DNA of 64,000 nucleotides from contig LNEC01000023.1 of assembly GCA_001464035.1 (NCBI GenBank), positions 16,935 through 80,934 of the forward strand, in the 5' to 3' direction. Shown in pieces: positions 37,176 to 46,091 of the stretch. This DNA comes from Bradyrhizobiaceae bacterium Ga0074131 (GTDB lineage Bacteria; Pseudomonadota; Alphaproteobacteria; Rhizobiales; Xanthobacteraceae). Below the pieces are notes generated by a model, which saw only the letters and a program-made list of their open reading frames with translations, had not been told where the DNA came from and did not search any database. Position 1 is the first letter of the stretch, and each line of letters begins with the position of its first letter. The position numbers and the translations under genes were made by a program.

Positions 37176-37294
37176 ACGTGCGCCCGCGCATGGCCATCCA
37201 TCGGCCGCGCATGGGTCCTGTCGCTCTTCCGTTTGCTTCGTTGGGCCGGCAAGACTAAGCAGGTCCAGCCTCTTCACCCCGCAGACCGATTGCC

Positions 37295-37900
37295 TTGGCA
37301 GAACTTCCCCTGAAAGATCCGGCGACCGCCGACGCCGACGCCGCGGACACCGAGCCGCGCCCCGGCCGCATCCGCAAGCCGATCGGCTGGTCGATGATCG
37401 TGATCGCCGTGCTGGTCGCAGTCAGCGTGGTGCTGGTGTGGCGCCGCGACGGCGTCGACGGCGTCACGGAAATTCTCACCACCGATCTGGAGTTGTTCGG
37501 CGGCATCCTGCCGCGCGTGCTGGCGGGCTGCCTGCTCGGCGCCTTCATCGCCGAGATCCTGCCGCATGAGAAGGTGTCGCGCGCGCTGGGACCAAGCTCC
37601 GGCCTCAAGGGCCTGCTGATCGGCACCGCATTCGGCGCGATCCTGCCGGGCGGGCCGTTTACCGTCTATCCGGTGGCGGCCGCCCTGCTCACGGTCGGCG
37701 CCGATTTCGGCGCCATCATCGCCATGGTCGTGAGCTGGACGCTGATCGGCTATGGCCGCGCCATCGTCTGGGAATTGCCGATCATGGGCACCGACTTCAC
37801 GCTGTGGCGCATCGTGATCTCGCTGCCGCTGCCGGTCCTGGCCGGCGCGCTCGGCCGTTTCGTCTATGTCCGGATCTATCGCCACGGCGCGCCGCCATGA
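37295..37900 (+). CDS. predicted permease subunit (split DUF318/ArsP-like, first half)
   Basis: 201 aa with TTG start. Multi-TM protein paired with the next gene by an ATGA overlap. Confidence 0.55.
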   Translation: MAELPLKDPATADADAADTEPRPGRIRKPIGWSMIVIAVLVAVSVVLVWRRDGVDGVTEILTTDLELFGGILPRVLAGCLLGAFIAEILPHEKVSRALGPSSGLKGLLIGTAFGAILPGGPFTVYPVAAALLTVGADFGAIIAMVVSWTLIGYGRAIVWELPIMGTDFTLWRIVISLPLPVLAGALGRFVYVRIYRHGAPP

Positions 37901-38394
37901 GCGCGCTGATCGTCGACATCATCCTGTGGGGGTCGGTCGCCGTGCTCGGCTTCATCGCCTGGCAGCGCGGCCGCACCGTGCTGGTCACGTCGGTGCGCGA
38001 AGGCACCATGGATTTCATCAACATCGTGCCGCGCATCGCGCTCGGCGTGATCGGCGCAGGCTACATCGCCGCCGTGATTCCCTCCGAGGTGATCACCGGC
38101 TGGCTCGGGCCCGATAGCGGGTGGCTCGGCGTGCTGATGGCCGCGATTGCCGGCGCCGCCACGCCCGGCGGCCCGGTGATCGGCTTTTCGCTCGGCGCTG
38201 TTGCCATGAAGGCCGGCGCCGGCCCGCCGCAGGTCGTCGCCTATGTGGTGGCGTGGGCGCTGTTCGCGTTCCAGCGGCTGATCCTGTGGGAAATCCCGTT
38301 CATGCCGGCCCGTTTCGTCTGGTTTCGCGCGGCGGTGTCGCTGCCGTTCCCGTTCGTGGCGGCGGCGATCGCGATGGCGATCGGGAGGCCGTAG
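37897..38394 (+). CDS. predicted permease subunit (second half)
   Basis: In-frame ATG 37897 of ORF 37804..38394. Multi-TM. Confidence 0.55.
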   Translation: MSALIVDIILWGSVAVLGFIAWQRGRTVLVTSVREGTMDFINIVPRIALGVIGAGYIAAVIPSEVITGWLGPDSGWLGVLMAAIAGAATPGGPVIGFSLGAVAMKAGAGPPQVVAYVVAWALFAFQRLILWEIPFMPARFVWFRAAVSLPFPFVAAAIAMAIGRP

Positions 38395-38483
38395 GAGGGG
38401 CTTCTTCCTAAGACGTGTTGAAGCCAGGGTGCTGCTTCAACAGGCCGTTGAAACCGTATCCGGTCGTAGACTCAAGTTACGTT

Positions 38484-38498
38484 ATAATGTAACATTAT
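38484..38498. promoter_or_regulatory. Zur/Fur-family-type operator candidate
   Basis: 15-bp palindrome ATAATGT-A-ACATTAT inside the only AT-rich patch here. It overlaps a TATAAT hexamer (38483-38488) and ends 3 nt before ATG 38502. Confidence 0.55.
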
Positions 38499-38501
38499 TA
38501 C

Positions 38502-38696
38502 ATGACTCCGGCGCATGATCACGACCACGACCACTCGCACCACCACACCCACGCCCACAGCCACGGCCCGTCATCGCCGCACCCGGCGCAGTCCGCGCCC
38601 TGGTCGATCCTGCGCATGACGGTTGTCGCCCGGCTCGGGGCGGCGCTCGCGGTCAGCGCCGGGCTGTGGTCGGTCGTTTGGCTGGCGATGAGGTGA
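38502..38696 (+). CDS. His-rich membrane-anchored micro-protein (64 aa)
   Basis: MTPAHDHDHDHSHHHTHAHSHGPSSPHP followed by one TM helix. Very high GC3. Its stop lies 2 nt before the znuC ATG. Confidence 0.55.
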   Translation: MTPAHDHDHDHSHHHTHAHSHGPSSPHPAQSAPWSILRMTVVARLGAALAVSAGLWSVVWLAMR

Positions 38697-38698
38697 GC

Positions 38699-39457
38699 AT
38701 GGCCGCGCAACTGCAATTTCGCGACGTCACGCTGGGCTACGACCGGCATCCGGCGGTGCACCACCTTGACGGCGAGGTTGCCACCGGCGCGCTGCTCGCG
38801 GTGGTCGGTCCCAACGGCGCCGGCAAGTCGACGCTGTTTCGCGGGCTGGTCGGCATCCTGAAGCCGCTGGCGGGCTCGATCGGGCTTGGCGATCTCAACG
38901 TCCGCGATATCGCCTATCTGCCGCAGACCGCTGATATCGACCGCAGCTTTCCGATCTCGGTGTACGATTTCGTCGGCACCGGGCTGTGGCGCGCCATCGG
39001 GTTTTTCGGCGGCATGGGCAGATCCGCGCGGGAGAAAATCGCCGGGGCGCTCGCCGCTGTCGGGCTCAACGGTTTTGAGAATCGCCCGATCGGCACGCTC
39101 TCCGGCGGGCAGATGCAGCGCATGCTGTTCGCGCGGGTGCTGCTGCAGGACGCACGCCTGATCGTGCTGGACGAGCCCTTCAACGCCATCGACGCCAAGA
39201 CCTCGTCTGACCTCTTGGCGGTGGTGCGCCACTGGCACGCCGAGCATCGCACGGTGCTGGCGGCGTTGCATGACATGGATCTGGTGCGCGCGCATTTCCC
39301 GCAAACCCTGCTGCTGGCGCGCGGCCCGGTGGCATGGGGCCCGACCGCCGAGGTCCTGACTTCGGACAACCTGACGCAAGCGCGCCGGATGTGCGAGGCC
39401 TTCGACGACGGAGCCCCGGCCTGTGCGGTCGACGACCTGCCTTCGCGGGCGGCGTAA
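38699..39457 (+). CDS. znuC: metal (zinc-type) ABC transporter ATP-binding protein
   Basis: Met12 of ORF 38666..39457, after gaggtg. Walker A GPNGAGKST and signature LSGGQMQR. Confidence 0.85.
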   Translation: MAAQLQFRDVTLGYDRHPAVHHLDGEVATGALLAVVGPNGAGKSTLFRGLVGILKPLAGSIGLGDLNVRDIAYLPQTADIDRSFPISVYDFVGTGLWRAIGFFGGMGRSAREKIAGALAAVGLNGFENRPIGTLSGGQMQRMLFARVLLQDARLIVLDEPFNAIDAKTSSDLLAVVRHWHAEHRTVLAALHDMDLVRAHFPQTLLLARGPVAWGPTAEVLTSDNLTQARRMCEAFDDGAPACAVDDLPSRAA

Positions 39458-39460
39458 GCG

Positions 39461-40330
39461 ATGATCCACGATGCGCTGATCGCGCCCTTCACTGAATTCG
39501 AATTCATGCGCCGGGCGCTCGCCGCCGTGATCGCGTTGTCGCTGGGCGGCGCGCCGATCGGCGTATTCCTGATGCTGCGGCGGATGAGCCTGGTCGGCGA
39601 CGCCATGGCGCATGCCATCCTGCCGGGGGCCGCGATCGGTTTCCTGCTGTCGGGCCTGAGCCTGTTCGCGATGACCGCCGGCGGCCTGATCGCGGGTTTT
39701 ACCGTCGCCATCCTCGCAGGGCTGGTGGCGCGCAACACCGAGTTGAAGGAAGACGCATCGCTGGCGACGTTCTATCTGGTTTCGCTGGCGCTCGGCGTCA
39801 CCATCGTCTCCATCAAGGGCACCAATATCGACCTCCTGCACGTGCTGTTCGGCAATATCCTGGCGATGGACGACCAGACCCTGCTGGTGATCGCCTTCAA
39901 CGCCACCATCACGCTGCTGGTGCTGGCGGTGATCTTTCGCCCGCTGGTGATCGAATGCGTCGACCCGGTGTTCCTGCGCACCGTCAGCAGGGCTGGCGCG
40001 CCGGCGCATCTGGCGTTTCTCGCGCTGGTCGTCATCAACCTCGTCAACGGTTTTCACGCGCTCGGCACCTTGCTCGCAGTCGGCCTGATGATTCTGCCCG
40101 CCGGCATCGCGCGGTTCTGGTCGCGCGACATCACCGGCATGATCTGCATCGCGGTGGCGAGCGCTGTCGTGTCGGGCTATGCCGGGCTGGTGCTGTCGTT
40201 CCAGACCCAAGTGCCGTCGGGCCCTGCGATCATCCTGGTGGCGGCGGTGCTGTATGTCGGCTCGGTGCTGTTCGGCACCGTCAGCGGCCTGTTCCGGCAG
40301 ATGTTTCCCCGCCGGCATCTGGAGGCGTAG
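39461..40330 (+). CDS. znuB: metal ABC transporter permease (ABC-3 family)
   Basis: 289 aa. MLRRMSLVGDAMAHAILPG is typical of ZnuB/MntB. Confidence 0.85.
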   Translation: MIHDALIAPFTEFEFMRRALAAVIALSLGGAPIGVFLMLRRMSLVGDAMAHAILPGAAIGFLLSGLSLFAMTAGGLIAGFTVAILAGLVARNTELKEDASLATFYLVSLALGVTIVSIKGTNIDLLHVLFGNILAMDDQTLLVIAFNATITLLVLAVIFRPLVIECVDPVFLRTVSRAGAPAHLAFLALVVINLVNGFHALGTLLAVGLMILPAGIARFWSRDITGMICIAVASAVVSGYAGLVLSFQTQVPSGPAIILVAAVLYVGSVLFGTVSGLFRQMFPRRHLEA

Positions 40331-40374
40331 CAATGCTCATCGAGTTGGAGTCTTTGGCCAGGTGCTCGGTGCCA

Positions 40375-40558
40375 CCTCTCCCGCCTGCGGGGGAGCACAG
40401 GCCGCCTTCGGCGGCCGTTCTTGGAGAACAACGCCGAAGCGAAGCTTCGGCTATGGCGCTCGCCGGAGTGCGGCGGGTGGAGGAAATATCTCGCCGGACT
40501 GCGACGTTCGTTAATGGGTTGGTACCCCCACCCCAACCCTCCCCCGCAAGCGGGAGAG
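40375..40558. repeat. array of GC-rich hairpins (family 2 REP-like) between znuB and znuA
   Basis: cctctcccgcctgcgggggag; GGCCGCC-ttc-GGCGGCC (40401-40417); GCCGAAGC-gaa-GCTTCGGC (40433-40451); cccccaccccaaccctcccccgcaagcgggagag (40525-40558). Confidence 0.8.
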
Positions 40559-40620
40559 CGAGCTCACCGTCTTTGTTGCGGCATCGAGCCGGCGCTTCGA
40601 TCAGGGTCGATCAGAGAGCA

Positions 40621-41490
40621 GTGCTCCTGCTTGTTGGGCTTGTCATGGTGCTTGCGATAGCCGTTTCGCCTGCCCACGCGCAGGATCGCCTCAATACCGT
40701 CGCGAGCTTTTCGATCATCGGCGATTTCGTGCGCCATGTCGGCGGCGATCGCGTCAGTGTCACGACGCTGGTGGGACCCGATGGCGATGCGCACGTTTAT
40801 ACGCCGACACCGGCCGACGCGAAAAAGATTGCCGATGCCAAACTCGTCGTCATCAACGGTCTTGGTTTCGAGGGCTGGCTGTCGCGGCTGGTGAAATCCT
40901 CTGGCAAGAAGCCGACCATCGTTACCGCGACCAGCGGCATCGCGCCACGCAAGCTCGGCTCCGAAGCCGATCCGCATGCTTGGCAATCGGTCGCCAATGC
41001 GAAGATCTACGTGACCAACATCCGCGACGCGCTCGCCGCCGCCGATCCCGCGGGCGCCGAGGCCTATCGCGCCAACGCGGAGAGCTATCTGGCAAAGCTT
41101 GATGCGCTCGACACCGAAGTTCGGGCGGCGGTGGCTAAAATTCCGCAAGACCGCCGCAAGGTGATCTCGACCCATGATGCGTTCGGCTATCTCGCATCGG
41201 CCTATGGCATCGAATTCGTGGCGCCGCTGGGCGTTTCCACCGAATCCGAGGCCAGCGCGCGCGATATCGCCCGCATCATCACCCAGATCAGAAGCCAGAA
41301 GATCCCGGCGGTTTTCCTCGAGAATATCAGCGACTCCAGGCTGATCCGGCGGATATCGGCCGAGACCGGCGCCAAGGTCGGCGGAACGCTGTATTCCGAC
41401 AGCCTGACGGGCGAAAAGGGCGATGCCCCCACTTACATTGATATGGTCAGGCACAATATAAAGGCCCTGACCGGCGCGCTCGCCAATTAG
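40621..41490 (+). CDS. znuA: metal ABC transporter substrate-binding protein (cluster-9 ZnuA/TroA type, no His-rich loop)
   Basis: In-frame GTG 40621 of ORF 39955..41490 gives the signal peptide VLLLVGLVMVLAIAVSPAHA. DAHVYTPTP, DPHAWQS and STHDAFGY motifs. Confidence 0.8.
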   Translation: MLLLVGLVMVLAIAVSPAHAQDRLNTVASFSIIGDFVRHVGGDRVSVTTLVGPDGDAHVYTPTPADAKKIADAKLVVINGLGFEGWLSRLVKSSGKKPTIVTATSGIAPRKLGSEADPHAWQSVANAKIYVTNIRDALAAADPAGAEAYRANAESYLAKLDALDTEVRAAVAKIPQDRRKVISTHDAFGYLASAYGIEFVAPLGVSTESEASARDIARIITQIRSQKIPAVFLENISDSRLIRRISAETGAKVGGTLYSDSLTGEKGDAPTYIDMVRHNIKALTGALAN

Positions 41491-41550
41491 GGCAGGGGCC
41501 CTCCCTGCTGCCGGCGCAGCCGGCGCGAACACCGCCTTTCCGGAGTGAGC

Positions 41551-42585
41551 ATGCCTGAATCTTCGTCCAAGAAAATTCCCGTAACTGTGCTGACGGGCTA
41601 TCTCGGCGCCGGCAAGACCACCTTGCTCAACCGTATCCTTTCCGAAAACCATGGCAAGAAATACGCCGTCATCGTCAACGAATTCGGCGAGATCGGCATC
41701 GACAACGACCTCATCATCGGCGCCGACGAAGAAGTGTTCGAGATGAACAATGGCTGCGTCTGCTGCACCGTGCGCGGCGATCTCGTTCGCATCCTCGACG
41801 GGCTGATGAAGCGCAAGGGCAAGTTTGACGCCATCATCGTCGAGACCACCGGTTTGGCGGATCCGGCGCCGGTGGCGCAGACTTTCTTCGTCGATGAGGA
41901 CGTGCAGAAGCACGCGCGGCTCGACGCCGTTGTGACGGTGGCGGATGCCAAATGGCTGAACCACCGTCTCAAGGATGCGCCGGAAGCCAAGAACCAGATC
42001 GCCTTCGCCGACGTCATCGTGCTGAACAAAACCGATCTCGTCTCCAGGGCCGAACTCGCCGAGGTCGAGGCCCGGATCCGCGCCATCAACCCGTATGCAA
42101 AGCTGCACCGCACCGAGCGCTGCCAGGTGGCGCTGTCGGACGTGCTGGAGCGCGGCGCTTTCGATCTCGACCGCATCCTCGAGCTCGAGCCGGAATTTCT
42201 GGACGCCGGCGATGGCCACGATCACGGCCACGACCACCACCACGACCACAGTCACAGCCATGGCGGCCTTAAGCATTACCACGACGAAGACATGCAATCG
42301 CTGTCGCTGCGCACCGACAAGCCGCTGGATGCGACCAAATTCATGCCGTGGCTGCAGAATCTGGTTGCCAGCGAGGGCCAGAAGATCTTGCGCTCGAAGG
42401 GCATTCTCGCCTTCACCGACGACGACGACCGTTACGTGTTTCAGGGCGTCCACATGATGCTGGAGGGCGACCACCAGCGCGCCTGGAAGGAAGGCGAAGC
42501 GCGCGAGAGCCGCCTCGTCTTCATCGGCCGCGAATTGCCCGAGCAGATCATCCGTGACGGGTTCGAGAGCTGTATCACCACGTGA
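41551..42585 (+). CDS. COG0523 (CobW/YeiR/ZigA-type) metallochaperone GTPase
   Basis: GYLGAGKTTLLN (Walker A), metal-binding CVCC in NNGCVCCTVRGD, and a His-rich insert GDGHDHGHDHHHDHSHSHGG. Confidence 0.9.
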   Translation: MPESSSKKIPVTVLTGYLGAGKTTLLNRILSENHGKKYAVIVNEFGEIGIDNDLIIGADEEVFEMNNGCVCCTVRGDLVRILDGLMKRKGKFDAIIVETTGLADPAPVAQTFFVDEDVQKHARLDAVVTVADAKWLNHRLKDAPEAKNQIAFADVIVLNKTDLVSRAELAEVEARIRAINPYAKLHRTERCQVALSDVLERGAFDLDRILELEPEFLDAGDGHDHGHDHHHDHSHSHGGLKHYHDEDMQSLSLRTDKPLDATKFMPWLQNLVASEGQKILRSKGILAFTDDDDRYVFQGVHMMLEGDHQRAWKEGEARESRLVFIGRELPEQIIRDGFESCITT

Positions 42586-43604
42586 TGGAAGAGTTCGATC
42601 CCGGCCAGAATGCCGCCTCCATCGTATCGGTCACCGACCGGGTGCGCCCGCTCGCCATCGGCATGCCCGTCACCTCGGTGCATTTTCTCGGCGAGATCGC
42701 CGCCTTCGTCGGCGCCGAGGAAAACGTTGCTCTGGCCGGTGCCGATGGCGCTATCTCGCTGGCTCCCGTCCACGGCGGCGGCATCCTCTGCGCTGCCTGC
42801 GACGGCAGCCGGGTCCTCATGGGTGGCGATGACGGCAAGCTCGTTGCGCTCGACAGGCAAGGCGAGGTCGCCTTGCTGGCGACCGACCCAAAACGGCGCT
42901 GGATCGACAACGTGGCGCTGCATCCCGACGGCGCGTTCGCGTGGTCGGCCGGCAAGACCGCGTTCGTCCGCGGCGGCAAGGGTGAAGACAAATTCTTTGA
43001 AGTGCCGTCGACCGTCGGCGGCCTGGCGTTTGCGCCGAAGGGGCTGCGGCTCGCGATCGCGCATTACAATGGCGTGACGTTATGGTTTCCCAACATGGCC
43101 GCCAACGCCGAAGTACTGGAATGGGCCGGTTCGCATCTCGGCGTGGTGTTCAGCCCGGACAACAAGTTTCTGGTGACCTCGATGCACGAACCGGCGCTGC
43201 ATGGCTGGCGGCTCGCCGATACCAGGCACATGCGCATGACCGGTTATCCCGGGCGGGTCCGCTCGATGTCGTGGAGCGCCGGCGGCAAGGCGCTGGCGAC
43301 GTCGGGGGCCGACACCGTGATCCTGTGGCCGTTCGGAGCCAAGGACGGCCCGATGGGCAAGGAGCCCGCGATGCTGGCGCCGCTGCAAGCGCGCGTCAGC
43401 ATGGTCGCCTGCCACCCGAAGCAGGATATCCTCGCCGCCGGCTACAGCGACGGCACTGTACTGATGGTGCGGCTCAACGACGGTGCCGAAATCCTGGTGC
43501 GCAAGAACGGCGGCGCGCAGGTGGCGGCGCTGGCCTGGAACGCTAAGGGCACGAAACTGGCGTTTGCCGCGGAAGACGGCGACGCCGGGCTTCTGGCGCT
43601 GTAA
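42585..43604 (+). CDS. WD40/beta-propeller repeat protein
   Basis: 339 aa. Repeated units ending ...GGDDGK, ...SAGK, ...TSGADTVILW and ...AAGYSDGTV. Its ATG overlaps the GTPase stop (TGATG). Confidence 0.8.
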   Translation: MEEFDPGQNAASIVSVTDRVRPLAIGMPVTSVHFLGEIAAFVGAEENVALAGADGAISLAPVHGGGILCAACDGSRVLMGGDDGKLVALDRQGEVALLATDPKRRWIDNVALHPDGAFAWSAGKTAFVRGGKGEDKFFEVPSTVGGLAFAPKGLRLAIAHYNGVTLWFPNMAANAEVLEWAGSHLGVVFSPDNKFLVTSMHEPALHGWRLADTRHMRMTGYPGRVRSMSWSAGGKALATSGADTVILWPFGAKDGPMGKEPAMLAPLQARVSMVACHPKQDILAAGYSDGTVLMVRLNDGAEILVRKNGGAQVAALAWNAKGTKLAFAAEDGDAGLLAL

Positions 43605-43639
43605 CAGTCCGACCGGCCGCGCTTGCCGCAGTTCCCGAG

Positions 43640-43664
43640 GGAACTATCCATTGCCGCAGCCGTT
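43640..43664 (+). promoter_or_regulatory. EcfG-type promoter candidate
   Basis: GGAAC 43640-43644, 16 nt spacer, CGTT 43661-43664. Lies 41 nt upstream of ATG 43705. Confidence 0.5.
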
Positions 43665-43704
43665 GATATCGCGAACCAATTCGCGGCAACCAGCGGTGAA
43701 CCCA

Positions 43705-44037
43705 ATGTCTCCGGACCATAGTCGACACGCCTACAGGAACGATATGCTGATCGCCGCCGCGATGGTCGCGGTAGGGCTGGCAATATTCGGCCTGTCGGTG
43801 GTCCAAATCCAGACACGACATCCGCAGATGGCGCAAGCGACGCAGCCGCTGCAATCGACGCCGGGAGCGGAGACGAAGCCGTCGGCTCCCTCGGAACCTG
43901 CCACCACAGGTTCGCGGCCCACGGAAGTCCCGCCCGAGCCTGCGCGGCCCGATGCCGAAGCGCAGAAGGCCGGCGCCCAGCCCGCGCTGCCGCCGGCACC
44001 GGCCGAGAAGACCGCTGCGCCGATCAAGGAGCGGTAG
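43705..44037 (+). CDS. membrane-anchored Pro/Ala-rich protein (110 aa), unknown function
   Basis: In-frame ATG 43705 of ORF 43483..44037. One TM helix (MLIAAAMVAVGLAIFGLSVV), then a low-complexity P/A/E/T-rich tail. Confidence 0.5.
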   Translation: MSPDHSRHAYRNDMLIAAAMVAVGLAIFGLSVVQIQTRHPQMAQATQPLQSTPGAETKPSAPSEPATTGSRPTEVPPEPARPDAEAQKAGAQPALPPAPAEKTAAPIKER

Positions 44038-44054
44038 CCGGTCCTCCAGCGTCC

Positions 44055-44150
44055 TTATCCTGAGGATCGCTCCGCAAGGAGCGTCTCGAAGGATGGCCAC
44101 AAGCTCTCATGGTTCGAGACGCGCGCAAAGGCGCGCTCCTCGCCATGAGG
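44055..44150. repeat. intergenic hairpin repeat, family 3
   Basis: gcgtctcgaaggatggccacaagctctcatggttcgagacgcgcgcaaaggcgcgctcctcgccatgagg, with nested inverted repeats. Related to 27214-27325. Confidence 0.7.
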
Positions 44151-44159
44151 TCCGGTGCT

Positions 44160-45590
44160 TCACCGCACCAGCACGTTCCTGAACTGCCACGGATCCGACG
44201 TATCGATATCCTCCGGGAACAGCCCCGGCCGGTCGCTGAGCGGCGTCCAGTCGGTATAGAATCCCTTGACCGGGCCGAGATATGGCCGCTGGATTTCCAG
44301 GCAGCGGTGGAAATCCATTTCGTCGGCTTCGACGATTCCGGCTGCGGGATTTTCCAGCGCCCACACCATTCCGGCGAGCACAGCCGACGACACCTGCATG
44401 CCGGTGGCGTTCTGGTAGGGCGCGATCCCGCGGGTTTCCTCGATCGATAACTGCGAGCCGTACCAGTAGGCGTTCTTGGCGTGGCCGTAGACCAGCACGC
44501 CGAGTTCGTCGATACCATCCTCGATCTCGTCCTCGTCCAGGATGTGCCATTTCGGCTGCATCCTGCCGGTGGCGCCGAAGAGCTCGTGCAGCGACAGCAC
44601 CGCGTCGTTGGCGGGATGATAGGCGTAGTGGCAGGTCGGCCGATAGATCACCTTCTGGCCGTCGCGCACGGTGAAATAGTCGGCGATCGAGATCGACTCA
44701 TTGTGGGTGACCAGAAAGCCGTATTGCGCGCCCGGCGTCGGGCACCAGGAGCGAACACGGGTGTTGGCGCCGGGCTGCAGCAGGTAGATCGCGGCGCCGC
44801 AGCCCTCGGTATGGGCGCGGCCGTTGTCCGGCATCCAGGTTTCGTGGGTACCCCAGCCGAGTTCGGCCGGCTGCATGCCCTCGGACACGAAGCCTTCCAC
44901 CGACCAGGTGTTGACGAACACGTTCATCGGCTTCGGCTTCTTGGAGCGCTGGGTGTCGCGCTCGGCGACATGGATGCCCTTGACGCCGAGCTTGTGGGCG
45001 AGCTGGCCCCAGCCCTCGCGGCTCTTCGGCTCGTTGATCGGCGTATTGGTGTCGCGGGCGATGTCGAGCAGCGCCTGCTTGACGAACCAGGACACCATGC
45101 CGGGATTGGCGCCGCAGGTGGAGACGGCGGTGGTTCCGCCGGGGCTCTTGCGCTTGGCCGCCAGCAGGGTTTCGCGCAGCGCGTAGTTCGAGCGCTTTTC
45201 GGGCCCGATGGTCTTGTCAAAGTAGAAGCCGAGCCACGGCTCGATCACGGTGTCGATGTAAAGCGCGCCGATCTCGCGGCACAGGCTCATGATGTCGACG
45301 GATCCGGTGTCGACCGACAGGTTGACGCAAAAGCCCTGGCCGCCGCCGGCGGTCAACAGCGGCACCAGCACCTCGCGGTAATTCTCGCGGGTCACCCCCT
45401 GCTTGATGAAGCGCACGCCATGCTGCTTCGCCAGCTCGCCGTCCTCGTGCGGATCGATGATGACGAAGCGCGACTTGTCATACTCGAAATGCCGTTCGAT
45501 CAGCGGCAGCGTGCCTTTTCCGATCGAGCCGAAACCGATCATGACGATCGGGCCGGTGATTTTCGCGTGGATAGGCGCGGCGGGGCTCAT
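44160..45590 (-). CDS. hss: homospermidine synthase
   Basis: 476 aa. GPIVMIGFGSIGKGTLPLIERHF...GFCVNLSVDT...ALYIDTVIEPW matches the bacterial HSS I remember from Blastochloris/Bradyrhizobium. Confidence 0.9.
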   Translation of the reverse strand: MSPAAPIHAKITGPIVMIGFGSIGKGTLPLIERHFEYDKSRFVIIDPHEDGELAKQHGVRFIKQGVTRENYREVLVPLLTAGGGQGFCVNLSVDTGSVDIMSLCREIGALYIDTVIEPWLGFYFDKTIGPEKRSNYALRETLLAAKRKSPGGTTAVSTCGANPGMVSWFVKQALLDIARDTNTPINEPKSREGWGQLAHKLGVKGIHVAERDTQRSKKPKPMNVFVNTWSVEGFVSEGMQPAELGWGTHETWMPDNGRAHTEGCGAAIYLLQPGANTRVRSWCPTPGAQYGFLVTHNESISIADYFTVRDGQKVIYRPTCHYAYHPANDAVLSLHELFGATGRMQPKWHILDEDEIEDGIDELGVLVYGHAKNAYWYGSQLSIEETRGIAPYQNATGMQVSSAVLAGMVWALENPAAGIVEADEMDFHRCLEIQRPYLGPVKGFYTDWTPLSDRPGLFPEDIDTSDPWQFRNVLVR

Positions 45591-45631
45591 GAATGGTCTC
45601 CGGTAAGGGGATTGACTGCGTCGCTGCGTGA

Positions 45632-46021
45632 TCAGTCGGAACGCAGCTTCGCAGTGACTTCGATCTCGACCTTCATCTCGGGCTTGTAGAGCCCGGCGAC
45701 GATCAGGAGGGTTGAGGCGGGACGTATTTGGGCAAAAGTATCGCCGCAGACGGCGATCACCTTCTCGGCATCGGCGATGTCAGTGATGTAGTAGGTCGCC
45801 CGCACGATGTCAGTCATCGCAAAGCCGCCTTCCGCGAGCGCGGCCTCGATGGTCTTGAAGCAGTTCCGTGTCTGGGATGTGACATCGTCAGGCATGGTCA
45901 TGGTGATGTAGTCGTAGCCGGTGGTGCCGGCCACGAAGGCGAACTCGCCGTCGATGACGGCGCGGCTATAGCCGGCGGTCTTTTCGAACGGCGAGCCGGT
46001 GGAAATCAGGCGGCGGGGCAT
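45632..46021 (-). CDS. RidA/YjgF-family protein
   Basis: Met48 of ORF 45632..46162 (Met40 at 46045 is also possible). YSRAVIDGEFAFVAGTTG and PASTLLIVAGL. Confidence 0.8.
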   Translation of the reverse strand: MPRRLISTGSPFEKTAGYSRAVIDGEFAFVAGTTGYDYITMTMPDDVTSQTRNCFKTIEAALAEGGFAMTDIVRATYYITDIADAEKVIAVCGDTFAQIRPASTLLIVAGLYKPEMKVEIEVTAKLRSD

Positions 46022-46091
46022 GTCGTACACCTCGGGTCGGGGCATGGCGCGGCTGTAACGAGGCCACGATTGCCGCGTCTTGACGGTCAAA

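Noticed and set aside
39955-40620. Upstream extension of the znuA reading frame (ORF 39955..41490, 511 aa).
   Set aside because: The extension overlaps znuB and then translates the REP hairpin array. A proper signal peptide appears only from GTG 40621.
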